Source of the DNA: Promethearchaeota archaeon
Lineage (GTDB): Archaea; Asgardarchaeota; Lokiarchaeia; Sigyniarchaeales; SOKP01
Direction: 5' to 3'
Assembly: GCA_016839555.1 (NCBI GenBank)
Contig: JAEOUA010000004.1
Coordinates: 23,894-87,893, forward strand
DNA: 64,000 bases
The notes under the pieces were generated by a model. That model worked only from the letters and a program-made list of their open reading frames with translations, had not been told where the DNA came from and searched no databases. A program made the position numbers and the translations under genes. This document shows positions 25,372-35,407 of the stretch, one piece after another (the first letter of the stretch is position 1; the number at the start of each line of letters is the position of its first letter).

Positions 25372-26058
25372 ATGAATAACAAGAAAAATCAAAATGATCC
25401 ACTAAGAGTAGTCGGACGTGCTAGAGGATATTCTCATAAAGAATTAGTCCAAAATTTACCCCGCCATAAAGATTTTACTACAGATCTCATCCAAAAGATG
25501 AAAAAAATTCCTGAAGTTGTGCTTCGGAATTCTGGGACTATCTTAGCAAAAAAACTTATAAGAATGATGAAAGAACTTAATACAGAAGCCTATCGAGCAA
25601 AACAATTTACACGCACAAAATTGAATGATCGCGGGGTCTTATACGGGATAGTCTTACTGAAACATAAAATAATGGATATAGTTTTGAATTACTTTCATAA
25701 AAGATGGCCACAATGCATAATATGTCTTTATAATGAATATACTCATAAAACATCAATAATTAACGAGAAGGGAAGTATTCAAGAAACTGAGAATCCTCTC
25801 AATGAAATTATTGAACAAATCAGTAAAAACAGAAAATCTATTCCATATTTTAAGGATATTCAATTTTCGGGAAATAAAATATATGAGATCCTATATAAAT
25901 CCCAAATTATTGAAGAGCGAGATAATCCCAATTATTTTAAACAAATGATACCAGAAAGTTGTTATAAACTTCCTGGAATGAGAGGAGGGGTTGAAATAAG
26001 GTTCAATTACCAAAAAAAAATTTTAGATCATTTCTTAAAATCCCCTGAAGATGTTTAA
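25372..26058 (+). CDS. DUF4130-like partner of the radical SAM protein (TIGR03915-like)
   Basis: EAYRAKQFTR, YFHKRWP and IEERDNP..FKQMIPESCYKLP resemble DUF4130; starts 9 nt downstream of the radical SAM gene. Confidence 0.7.
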   Translation: MNNKKNQNDPLRVVGRARGYSHKELVQNLPRHKDFTTDLIQKMKKIPEVVLRNSGTILAKKLIRMMKELNTEAYRAKQFTRTKLNDRGVLYGIVLLKHKIMDIVLNYFHKRWPQCIICLYNEYTHKTSIINEKGSIQETENPLNEIIEQISKNRKSIPYFKDIQFSGNKIYEILYKSQIIEERDNPNYFKQMIPESCYKLPGMRGGVEIRFNYQKKILDHFLKSPEDV

Positions 26059-26101
26059 GTAATATTGAGACATTATAAAAGTATAAAAATCGTATCAAAA
26101 C

Positions 26102-26605
26102 CTATGAATATACAATTTTCACTTGATCCCCTTCTTTAAGAATGGAAGCTAAATCTTTAGACCTATTTTCATTAACAAAAATCTGTAATCTATTAAAATC
26201 ATCTAAGATATTAAGTTTTTTAAGTAAATATCTAAGATTGCTACCCATTGGTATACTTAAGAATGCTTCTGATCTATTAAATTTTTCTTCTATATTCTTA
26301 GGTAATTGAATGCGAATTCGAATTGAATTATTTTTTTCTATCTCCGCGAAAATTAAACCCATATTTTTAGGGAAAATTCCGACTCGATCACCTTCATGAA
26401 GTATTGTTCCCATACCGCAATATTTTCCATTCACGAAAATATGACTGATTTCATTCTCCTCTAAACCAAATTTCTTTAAGATATCATAAATTGTATAAAT
26501 TTTTTCCTCTGTATTCAGATTTATTTTGACTGGGCTTCCAGGAGTAATATTATTTGATCTTATTTTAGTTTTTAAATTTCCAAATAAAAGTAAATTAATA
26601 TTCAT
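26102..26605 (-). CDS. Tandem MoaD/ThiS-type ubiquitin-like (beta-grasp) domain protein
   Basis: Two copies of IFVN....IL.EGD.V.I (IFVNGKYCGMGTILHEGDRVGIFP; IFVNENRSKDLASILKEGDQVKIV); GGTGA SD upstream. Confidence 0.8.
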   Translation of the reverse strand: MNINLLLFGNLKTKIRSNNITPGSPVKINLNTEEKIYTIYDILKKFGLEENEISHIFVNGKYCGMGTILHEGDRVGIFPKNMGLIFAEIEKNNSIRIRIQLPKNIEEKFNRSEAFLSIPMGSNLRYLLKKLNILDDFNRLQIFVNENRSKDLASILKEGDQVKIVYS

Positions 26606-26842
26606 TTAATTCACCTAATAAGAGTATATTATACTAAATCAAATAATAGCAATTGAAATTACCTTATAAAAATTTAGCTTAACATGTTCAAAAGTTAAAA
26701 AAAACGGTTCTCTCTTGATTCCTCCTATAGAGAAGATCATCAAAAGAATTAATTTAAAAAAAATAGATAAAATATTTCTTAAATTATTAAGTATTAAGAA
26801 TTCTTTATTAGACTTGAAATTTATATAAGATATCTTTTTAAA

Positions 26843-28105
26843 ATGAAAAGAGTAGAGCTTTTAGCCCCAGCGAAAAACTTTAAAGCAATAAAAGCTGCTT
26901 CGGAATATGCGGATTCTGTCTATTTTGGGCTGGAAAACTATAATATGAGAATGAGATCCGAAAATATTCATATTAAAGATTTATGGAAAATCATGGATTT
27001 TTGTGAATATCATAATCTTAAAGCATATCTTGCAACTAATATCCTTCTCTATGATGAAGAATTGCATGAAACAGAAAAAATAATTAAAATTTCTTATGAA
27101 GCAGGAGTGAATGCCGTAATTGTACATGATTTAGCAGCTATGGAGATCGCGAAACGGATCGGAATCCCATTTCATGTGTCTACTCAATGTAATGTATCAA
27201 ATTCTCTTTCAGCTCGATTTTACGAAAGATTGGGGGCAGAACGTATCATTTTAGCTCGCGAGTTATCTTTAGAAAAAATTAAAGAAATTAAAAGAAATTT
27301 AGTCTCAACAGAAATAGAAACATTTATACATGGTGCGATGTGTACCTCCATAAGTGGAAGATGTTATTTTTCCCAGGATATATGTGAGACCCCAGAAAAA
27401 TCTGCCAATAGGGGAAATTGCATTCAACCTTGTAGAAGGAGATGGTGGGTAAAGGACGCGGAAAGTCATGAATATATATATGATGGAGTCCGTTTTATGA
27501 ATTCTCGTGATTTATGTACTATTGCTTATATACCCGATTTAATTGAAGCTAATATTGATGCTTTTAAGATTGAAGGTCGCATGCGGCACCCCCATTATGT
27601 AGAAATCGTAAGTAAAATATATCGGGAAGCTATTGATGCCTATTATGAGGGAACGTTTAATAAAGATAAAGTTGGTAAATGGATTACTGAGTTAAAAAGA
27701 GTATATAATCGTGGTTTCACGCCTGGGTTTTATTTTAAAAGAATGACCGAAGAAGATCATCAACACAATTATCCCTATAATCTCTCTCATTATCGGTATA
27801 TAAAAGTAGGAGAAATAATAAATTATGATGATAAATCTAGATTAGCAACTATAAAAATAAATAATGGTTATATAGAAAGAGGAGCAGACGTTATTATCAT
27901 GGGAAGAAAAACAGATACATATATTCATCAGAATGCTTTACATATTTTATATAATAATAAAAAGGTGAAAAAAAGCCCGCGCGGAACACATAATGATCCT
28001 ATTTTAATAGAAATGAGATTAGAAAAACCTCTAAATCAAAATGGAAAAAATAATGTGTATGTCTTTACTAATAGGACTTATTCCAAACAAAAATATTCTT
28101 TATAA
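26843..28105 (+). CDS. Peptidase U32 family Fe-S protein (TrhP/RlhA-type, probable RNA hydroxylation)
   Basis: ELLAPA, HVSTQ, ILARELSL, FIHGAMCTSISGRC, NRGNCIQPCR, FKIEGRMR. Confidence 0.9.
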   Translation: MKRVELLAPAKNFKAIKAASEYADSVYFGLENYNMRMRSENIHIKDLWKIMDFCEYHNLKAYLATNILLYDEELHETEKIIKISYEAGVNAVIVHDLAAMEIAKRIGIPFHVSTQCNVSNSLSARFYERLGAERIILARELSLEKIKEIKRNLVSTEIETFIHGAMCTSISGRCYFSQDICETPEKSANRGNCIQPCRRRWWVKDAESHEYIYDGVRFMNSRDLCTIAYIPDLIEANIDAFKIEGRMRHPHYVEIVSKIYREAIDAYYEGTFNKDKVGKWITELKRVYNRGFTPGFYFKRMTEEDHQHNYPYNLSHYRYIKVGEIINYDDKSRLATIKINNGYIERGADVIIMGRKTDTYIHQNALHILYNNKKVKKSPRGTHNDPILIEMRLEKPLNQNGKNNVYVFTNRTYSKQKYSL

Positions 28106-28114
28106 GCATTAAAA

Positions 28115-29848
28115 TTAAATAATGATTTTCACATCTTTTTCTTCTAATTTTTTCAAAATTTTGGGTTTTTCAACAAAAGTATTTTTTTGAATATCAAGAT
28201 GTTTTAAATTATCAATTTCTTTTATAGATTGGGGAATATTAGTTAATTTATTGGATTTAAGAAGGAGATATTCAAGAGAATTAAGTGAACCAATAGAATT
28301 TGGAATATTTTCTAATTTATTATTACTCAAATTTAAATATTCTAAATTTTTAAGTAAGCCAAATGTTTCTGGAATTTCTATAAAATCATTATAATAAAGA
28401 TATAAAAACTTTAATGATTTTAATTCCCCAATAGAATCTGGTATTCTAGATAAAGCATTTTTCCCTAAATCCAAAGTATTTAAATTATTTAATTGACCTA
28501 TAGACTCCGGAATTTTAACCAATCGATTAAATCCTAAGATTAAATATCTAAGAGAGCGTAAATTCCCGATACATTCTGGAATTGTTTCTAATTTATTAGT
28601 AGATAGATCTAATTCCTTTAAACTTTCAAGCTCACAAAGAGAATCAGGTAATTCTTCAATATTATTACTACTTAAGTCTAATATTTCTAATCCCTTCATA
28701 TTTCCAATTGATTGGGGGACAGTTTTTAGTCTATTATCATATAAAAATAATTCCTTTAAGGAGCTCAAATTTCTAATTGCATTTGGTAGTTCTGTGATAT
28801 TATTTTGTGTTAGTTTCAAAGATAATAATTTCTGTAGTGATCCTATAGAATTTGGTAAAGAGGCAAGTTCATTATTATCTATCAATAAATATTGCAAATC
28901 TTTCAGATTTCCAATAGTTTCTGGTAGCTGCATTAATTGATTTCGTTGAAGATCAAATCTTATTAGGGATTTTAGATTCCCTATCGAATTTGGTAAATTT
29001 TTAAGATGATTATTTCCCAAACTTAAATTATCCAAATCATATAATTTCCCAATAGAATCTGGAAGCTCTCTTAAATAATTAGAATTTAGTCCTAAATAAT
29101 TTAAATTCTCTAATAAACCAATTGAGTTTGGAAGTTCTTGAAGATAATTACCCTTCAGAAAGCATGAAGATAAAGATTCTAAGGAACCAAATGAAGAGGG
29201 AAGTGCAGTCAAGTTATTATTTCTAATGTTCAACCGTTTAAGACATTTAAGAGAACCAATTGTGTCTGGAAGAGTTTTTAAATTGTTATTTCCCAAGTAT
29301 AAAAACTGGAGAGCATCTAAAGAACCTATGGATTTGGGTAAACTATTAATCTCGTTATTACTTAAATCAAGAAATTTTAAGCTTTTTAAACCTCCAATAG
29401 ATTCAGGGATTTGGTTAATTTTATTACCGCTAAGATCTAAAAATTCAAGTTGTTCACACTCTCCAATAGTTTCTGGAATGGTTTTTATTTCATTAGTTTC
29501 AAGATGTAATTCTTTAAGCGATTTTAACAAATATATCTCATCTAAAATGTAATTTAATCGATTTTCACTCAAATCTAGAAATTGAAGTTCTTTTAGAGAA
29601 AATATTTCTTGAGAAAGGGTTGTTATATTATTTCCCCTTAAATACAATCTTTTAAGATGTTGGAATTCTTCAATGTTTTTTGGAATATTTTCAAAACTAC
29701 AAGAAAATAGACTTAATCTCGTTATATGGTTTTCAATTGCTTTATATCCGATTAAATAAGGTCTTAGCTCCGTTACATTTGGTATAGACCCACCAATTTT
29801 TATCTCAAGATTTCTTAAATTTTTTCTTTCTTCAATTGATAAATCCAT
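28115..29848 (-). CDS. Leucine-rich repeat protein (about 22 repeats of 23 aa)
   Basis: LxxLxLxxNxLxxLPxSIGxLxx repeated over nearly the whole length; no effector domain seen. Confidence 0.95.
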   Translation of the reverse strand: MDLSIEERKNLRNLEIKIGGSIPNVTELRPYLIGYKAIENHITRLSLFSCSFENIPKNIEEFQHLKRLYLRGNNITTLSQEIFSLKELQFLDLSENRLNYILDEIYLLKSLKELHLETNEIKTIPETIGECEQLEFLDLSGNKINQIPESIGGLKSLKFLDLSNNEINSLPKSIGSLDALQFLYLGNNNLKTLPDTIGSLKCLKRLNIRNNNLTALPSSFGSLESLSSCFLKGNYLQELPNSIGLLENLNYLGLNSNYLRELPDSIGKLYDLDNLSLGNNHLKNLPNSIGNLKSLIRFDLQRNQLMQLPETIGNLKDLQYLLIDNNELASLPNSIGSLQKLLSLKLTQNNITELPNAIRNLSSLKELFLYDNRLKTVPQSIGNMKGLEILDLSSNNIEELPDSLCELESLKELDLSTNKLETIPECIGNLRSLRYLILGFNRLVKIPESIGQLNNLNTLDLGKNALSRIPDSIGELKSLKFLYLYYNDFIEIPETFGLLKNLEYLNLSNNKLENIPNSIGSLNSLEYLLLKSNKLTNIPQSIKEIDNLKHLDIQKNTFVEKPKILKKLEEKDVKIII

Positions 29849-29970
29849 TTTAGTAATCAGAAGGTATTATTGATAATTTTTAATAATTCGCTATTTATCA
29901 ATAAATAATATTTAATATTTAAATATATTAAGCTTTAGAAAATAGAAAAGAATAAAAAAAAAGAATTAAC

Positions 29971-31167
29971 TTAGAAATCTATATCCTTTCCTTCAAAGGC
30001 ATATCTATAGATCTTTTTAATTTGTTCAGCATTAATTGAGCGAGGTGCCATAGTAATGGTTGGGTCTTGAAAACTTAATTCCACCATCATATCTAGGTTT
30101 GTCTCCATATCTTCCTTAGATACTCCTGTCTCAGCAAAATTTTTAGGAAAATCTACCTTATCTTGTAATTCTTTAATTTTTCTTACAACTGAATATGCCG
30201 CATCATCAATAGAATCTGCCCATTCAGACCATCCTAATTGCCTTGCCATTTTAGCATAAATATTTTTTACTTCATCACTTTCAGGATTATTTAAAAGATA
30301 TTGGACTATATAACTAGTTAAAATTCCAACTGCTTCTCCATGGGCACATTTAAAGATACTTCCCCAACTATGGGCAAGAGAGTGACCAATATGAACGCTA
30401 GAATTACCCATTGCTATTCCTGCTATTGTTGCTGCTTGATGGAGCATATCTCTTGCTTCCATATTATCATTTTTGTTATATACTTTGGGAAGATATTCAA
30501 ATATTAATTCTATTGCTTTTAAACCTAAAGCATTCGAGAACTCATTACGCCAAGTATTTGCGAAGTTCTCAAACGAATGAGCTAGCGCATCAAAGGCAGT
30601 GTTAAGAGTTAATCTAGGAGGCATTCCCGCTGGAAAAATGGGATCTAAAATGGTATATGAAGATACTAAACCTTTATGTGCATGAATTAATTTTTTCCAA
30701 ATTCCCTCTTCTTTTTTAGAGATAATTATCGCAAATGTATTATCGGCACCAGTTCCCGAAGTCGTAGGTATGGAAATAAGCTGGGTTTTTTTGCCTAAAT
30801 TATACAATTCGGAATTCATTGGATATAGATCATCTAGAGTATATTCTGGATAATCATATAACGCTAATACAGCTTTAGCAACATCCATGACCGAACCACC
30901 ACCCAAAGCAATAATTAAATCCGGTTGATAGGAAAGACATTGTTCTCTCGCTTCTAATACATCTTCTTCATGGGGATCTGGGTGAACGCCCGTATAGATC
31001 TCATATTCTCTTCCAAGACTTTTTAATTTTTTAGTTAAAATATCGACATATCCCAAATCTTTCATAACGTCATCAGTAACTATAAAACATTTTTTTCCAG
31101 CAATATTTTCTAAAAAATCTAAGGCATTTTCCCCATAAATTACTTTTGAAGGCCAAAAATACCACAA
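29971..31167 (-). CDS. Iron-containing alcohol dehydrogenase
   Basis: ALGGGSVMDVAK, IPTTSGTG, DALAHSFE, GHSLAH, HGEA; TTG start with GGTGA SD. Confidence 0.93.
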   Translation of the reverse strand: MWYFWPSKVIYGENALDFLENIAGKKCFIVTDDVMKDLGYVDILTKKLKSLGREYEIYTGVHPDPHEEDVLEAREQCLSYQPDLIIALGGGSVMDVAKAVLALYDYPEYTLDDLYPMNSELYNLGKKTQLISIPTTSGTGADNTFAIIISKKEEGIWKKLIHAHKGLVSSYTILDPIFPAGMPPRLTLNTAFDALAHSFENFANTWRNEFSNALGLKAIELIFEYLPKVYNKNDNMEARDMLHQAATIAGIAMGNSSVHIGHSLAHSWGSIFKCAHGEAVGILTSYIVQYLLNNPESDEVKNIYAKMARQLGWSEWADSIDDAAYSVVRKIKELQDKVDFPKNFAETGVSKEDMETNLDMMVELSFQDPTITMAPRSINAEQIKKIYRYAFEGKDIDF

Positions 31168-31366
31168 AAATTATTCACCTTAAAAATTTTTTAATTATTG
31201 TTATTTGTAATTTGTTATAGATATAACTTATATAATTAAATTTTTCTCACCTTAAATAATTCAGATTGGAAATAAAAAGTATAATAGATGTCAAAACTTT
31301 AAAGGTTCTATAAGATTCATTTTTCAGTTTTAAAGTAATATTTAATTATTAGTAGAAAGTATAAAA

Positions 31367-32218
31367 TTATTTAAGGAATTTTAAATGGATTATGCGTGCT
31401 GTTTTTAACCAATTAGAAATTCTATTCATAAGCTTTGTTTTGAATTTCCAATTTTTATTAATTGATGTACGATCCCCGATAACATAACAATCTTTTATCT
31501 CAATTTTATTTGACCATTTAGGAATTGAGTTATATGGATCATCAATCGCAAATTTAAATCTTAATTCACTTTTAGCTCTCTTAGCTCTTTTATTCGCAAC
31601 TTTTAACGCTAAGTTCGAGACCGCATCAAATATTATTTCTCTAGCTGGGAATCGATTTGCTAACTTTTTCAAGAAAGCGGATATCTCTTCTTCATTAAAA
31701 TAATAAATAAAGCCTCCTGCGATAAGAAATATACCCTTGTTCTCTGAAAAATTAATTTCATCCATCCAATCATTATTAAATACTGATCGCGCAATGTTTC
31801 GATTTCTTTCAGTTTCTTCAATTAATTTTTCTCGAAAGTTAATTACATTATGCAAATCTATGTTATACATTGTAATTTTGCCATTATCAACTCGAAAAAA
31901 TGTAGTATCGAGTCCAGCTCCTATATTTATAACTGTCGAATAAGGATAATTCTTTAAATAATTCTTTAAAGCATCATCAAAACTTCGTGCTCTTATCATT
32001 AATCCAATAGAACGCCATTCTCCTAAGATTTGATCCATTTCTGAAAAATTATAATCAATTTTTTTAATAATTTCAATCGCTTTTTGGTCATTTAACAAAC
32101 TGGGATATAATTGAGAATAGATTGCGCGAGCCCATAAAGGACCAAGCATTGTTTCTTCAATACTCCCTTTTTTAATATCAAATTCATTGATATATTTTTC
32201 TTTACGTGCCATTTTCAA
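31367..32218 (-). CDS. SAM-dependent methyltransferase, LCM/TcmP O-methyltransferase family
   Basis: ETMLGPLWARA, RARSFD, VINIGAGLDT, IDL..VI.FR. Confidence 0.87.
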   Translation of the reverse strand: MKMARKEKYINEFDIKKGSIEETMLGPLWARAIYSQLYPSLLNDQKAIEIIKKIDYNFSEMDQILGEWRSIGLMIRARSFDDALKNYLKNYPYSTVINIGAGLDTTFFRVDNGKITMYNIDLHNVINFREKLIEETERNRNIARSVFNNDWMDEINFSENKGIFLIAGGFIYYFNEEEISAFLKKLANRFPAREIIFDAVSNLALKVANKRAKRAKSELRFKFAIDDPYNSIPKWSNKIEIKDCYVIGDRTSINKNWKFKTKLMNRISNWLKTARIIHLKFLK

Positions 32219-32410
32219 ACTTTATACACTATTTTCTATTTACAATTTATTTCAACTTTTAATCACTATAAATATTTTAAATGATTTTTATTAGAATTGA
32301 ATTTTACTATAATTATATTTTTAGTAATTTGAAAAAACTTTAATAAAATAAATAAAAAATATCAATATTAAAATAAGTGTTATTTTATTATTGTTATGAG
32401 CTAAGCATAT

Positions 32411-33454
32411 ATGACACGGTTAATTAAAGGGTTGGTGTATATAGAATTCCTTGATATTAAAGGCGTCACCCCTACTGTTTGGCTCCCCGAAGAATTAGAT
32501 GAACAATTAAGAGTACTATGCGGAATTAAAGCGGTTTCCTTACTCACGGGAGAAGACAATCATATTCCGAAGTCACTAATTACTATACCCTTTCCTTCTC
32601 GGAATTTAAAAGCAATCATTAAATTCATAAAATGGAAGGATCAAGATAGGCGAGGAGAAATTGGCCAATCTTCACTTTTTTTACTGTTTAATGAAGCTGA
32701 TGATGCGATCTTTTATAAAGCACAAAAATATCTTGAAGAAGTTTTTAATGAGCTTATAGAAGAAATCATATATATTGAAAAACACTCATCAGATAAATTA
32801 AAATTAGCTCACATTATTTCAGAATTTCAAACTCAAATTGATTTTATTCTAACAGATTTAAAACAAAAAGAAATTTCTAAGAGAAAGATTGAAGAATTTC
32901 CTTCTTTAAGAAAAGAAGGTGCTTTAACAACAGAAAATATTGATCTAAAATTAAAAACAATAGTTTGTGGAGATCCAATGGTTGGCAAGACTTCTATCAT
33001 ATTAAGATTAACGGATGATGCGTTTACAAGAACATATTTACCTACATTGGGTGTAAATATATCTGAAAAGATGATAAAAATTGATGGAAACTACATTCAA
33101 TTAGTATTTTGGGATTTAGCAGGGCAATCAAAATTCAATTCTATGCGCATTCACTATTATCAAGGAGCAGAAGTAGTATTATTGGTTTTTGATCTGACAA
33201 ATAAGGACAGTTTTAAGAATATTAATAAATGGTATGAAGATATTCAGAAGAATTTTAAAAATAAAAAGGAATTAATTGGATTTCTGATTGGAAATAAAAA
33301 TGACTTAAATGAAAAAAGATTAATTGAACAAAATAATGCTTTAGAACTTGCAGAGAAGTTAAATCTGCAATATTTCGAAACTTCTGCATTAACCGGTGAA
33401 AATATTCAAGACATGTTTGAGATTATAGGAAAAAAGTTTCTGGAAATTATTTAA
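32411..33454 (+). CDS. Rab-like small GTPase fused to an N-terminal longin/uDENN-like domain
   Basis: G1 GDPMVGKTS, G2 YLPTLG, G3 WDLAGQ, G4 NKND, G5 ETSAL; ~175-aa N-terminal alpha/beta domain starting LVYIEFLDIKGVTP. Confidence 0.88.
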   Translation: MTRLIKGLVYIEFLDIKGVTPTVWLPEELDEQLRVLCGIKAVSLLTGEDNHIPKSLITIPFPSRNLKAIIKFIKWKDQDRRGEIGQSSLFLLFNEADDAIFYKAQKYLEEVFNELIEEIIYIEKHSSDKLKLAHIISEFQTQIDFILTDLKQKEISKRKIEEFPSLRKEGALTTENIDLKLKTIVCGDPMVGKTSIILRLTDDAFTRTYLPTLGVNISEKMIKIDGNYIQLVFWDLAGQSKFNSMRIHYYQGAEVVLLVFDLTNKDSFKNINKWYEDIQKNFKNKKELIGFLIGNKNDLNEKRLIEQNNALELAEKLNLQYFETSALTGENIQDMFEIIGKKFLEII

Positions 33455-33505
33455 AAACTAAAAAATAAACCTTTATACTTAAAAAATAAAAAATAAATGG
33501 ACTAT

Positions 33506-34639
33506 TTAATTAGTGGAAATTTTATTTAATCTTTGAGCAGATATTACATCTGTAAGGGTTTCTAACATTTCTTCCAAATCTTTTATTGTTATTTCACCCA
33601 TATGACCAATTCTAAATGTTTTATTTGCAAGATCACCGTATCCATTCACAATTCTATATCCTTTTGAGAGCATTTCATTAACCATCTTTCCGCAATCTAA
33701 ATTGATTGAATTTCTCATCGTTGATACCGTATTGGATTCATATCCCTTTTCAGGGAACATCTCTAAATTCATATCTCGTGCCCAAATTCGCGTTCGTTTT
33801 CCTAACCGTGTATGGCGTATAAATCTATTTTCGATCCCCTCTTCATTTAAAATATAATCTAATTGCGCAACTAATGCGCGTATTTGTGGTATAGGAGGCG
33901 TGGTGGGTGTTTCATTTGAATTGCTCTTCTTTTTAAAATACACAAAATCAAAATAAAACCCTCTATTTTCTACTTTTTCCGCTTTTTCTAATGCATGTTG
34001 TGATATCGATGCTATGGCTAATCCAGGAGGTAAGGCTAAGCATTTTTGAACGGATGCCAGACATACATCAATCCTTAATTTATCGATTTCAATTTTAACT
34101 CCAGCAATAGAAGAAGTTGTATCAACGCACACTAAAGCGCCAGAATCTTTAATTATTGGTATAATTTCTTCCATAGGATTATATACTCCTGTTGAAGTTT
34201 CATTCGACTGCAGAAAAACAGCGCTGTAATGATCTTTTGAGAGAATATCTTTTACAATTTCTGGTTTTAATGCTTTACCCCATTCAACACCTTCCTTAAT
34301 CGCGTTCTTTCCATTTTTTACCCCTATTTCATACCATCTATCCCCAAATGCTCCTATTGAGAGAAATAACGCTTTTTCATCCTTATTAACAAGATTCCTT
34401 ACACATGCTTCCATAATCCCTGTTGCGCTAGAAGTGAAAATAAAACAGTCATTCTCAGTATATAAAAGCTTTTGAATGCCTTCTCTTGCTTGTTTATGCA
34501 TTTCTTGATAGGGAACAGAACGATGAGTGTCATTTGGTTTTGATAATTCTTTTAAAACCCACTCTGGCACAAATACGGGTCCAGGTGTAAATAATTTTAG
34601 TTTTGACCCTTGATCTTTATTAAAATGAATATCAGCCAT
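33506..34639 (-). CDS. Class V PLP aminotransferase (alanine-glyoxylate / serine-pyruvate family)
   Basis: LFTPGPV, NETSTGV, VDTTSS, SVQKCLALPPGL, FRIGHMG. Confidence 0.92.
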   Translation of the reverse strand: MADIHFNKDQGSKLKLFTPGPVFVPEWVLKELSKPNDTHRSVPYQEMHKQAREGIQKLLYTENDCFIFTSSATGIMEACVRNLVNKDEKALFLSIGAFGDRWYEIGVKNGKNAIKEGVEWGKALKPEIVKDILSKDHYSAVFLQSNETSTGVYNPMEEIIPIIKDSGALVCVDTTSSIAGVKIEIDKLRIDVCLASVQKCLALPPGLAIASISQHALEKAEKVENRGFYFDFVYFKKKSNSNETPTTPPIPQIRALVAQLDYILNEEGIENRFIRHTRLGKRTRIWARDMNLEMFPEKGYESNTVSTMRNSINLDCGKMVNEMLSKGYRIVNGYGDLANKTFRIGHMGEITIKDLEEMLETLTDVISAQRLNKISTN

Positions 34640-34739
34640 AATTGTTTCATAAAAGAAAAATTAGCAAGGAATAAATACTTTTTCTAATACCACTCTAATA
34701 ATGAGATATTGTATGAGGTTTTCAAATTATTATTTTAGT

Positions 34740-35387
34740 TTAATATTTTTGCTTAATTTGATTATTTTCAAACACAAAATAAGATTTAATTTTATTAATT
34801 TGTCCATTTTTTTGTTCTAATTGATTTAGCTCAACTTTTATATCGCCATTCTTTGAGTTCAAAATAAGGTGAATGAAAGAGGGTATCCCACTTGCTATAA
34901 ATGACCATGCGCCTGTAATACTTCCGGGATTTAGCAATAAAATACCACTTTTTCTGAGCACAACTTCCTCCTGATGAGTATGCCCCGATATTAAGATATT
35001 ATATCCTTTATTTCTTGCTAAAGCTTCTAGTTCTGCATGATTACCCCTATTTCTAATTTCTGAACCATGAGTCATTCCAATAATTACTTTTTCTTGATTA
35101 ATTTCATTTATAGAAATTTCTAAGTTTTGATAAATAGGATAATCTCTCTTTCCTGCATAATAATCCATGTTTCCCATAACTCTAAATAGAGGCTTTTTAG
35201 TTTTTGACTCAAGAAAACTAATAAATTCTTCATAATTAATTAAATCTCCGGTAAAAAATGTATAATCAAATAATTCTTGATTTGCTAAATTGCTGATATC
35301 ATCTAATATAGCTTTTGGAATTTCTCTAGCCCTGTTAGGTATATGAGAATCACCAAGTATCAATATATGATATTCGGTCATAAGCAA
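34740..35387 (-). CDS. Metallophosphoesterase, Vps29/YfcE (MJ0936) family
   Basis: GDSHIPNRA, TGDL, GNMD, THG, ISGHTH, NPGSITGA. Confidence 0.88.
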   Translation of the reverse strand: MLMTEYHILILGDSHIPNRAREIPKAILDDISNLANQELFDYTFFTGDLINYEEFISFLESKTKKPLFRVMGNMDYYAGKRDYPIYQNLEISINEINQEKVIIGMTHGSEIRNRGNHAELEALARNKGYNILISGHTHQEEVVLRKSGILLLNPGSITGAWSFIASGIPSFIHLILNSKNGDIKVELNQLEQKNGQINKIKSYFVFENNQIKQKY

Positions 35388-35407
35388 TTTAACACTTCCA
35401 AAATAAT

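Noticed and set aside
26102-26104. TAG read-through (pyrrolysine) restoring a Gly-Gly tail to the Ubl protein
   Set aside because: Downstream codons (VLIRFLYF...) give no GG and run antisense into the neighbouring gene.
26705-26740. Minus-strand ATGA-TCTTCTCT...AGAGAGAA hairpin as a SECIS
   Set aside because: The stem register does not give an AUGA/GA core, there is no apical AAA, and it is not downstream of a UGA-containing gene.
28115-29848. 69-nt periodicity as a CRISPR or non-coding repeat array
   Set aside because: Explained by 23-aa LRR coding repeats; there are no identical repeats with unique spacers.
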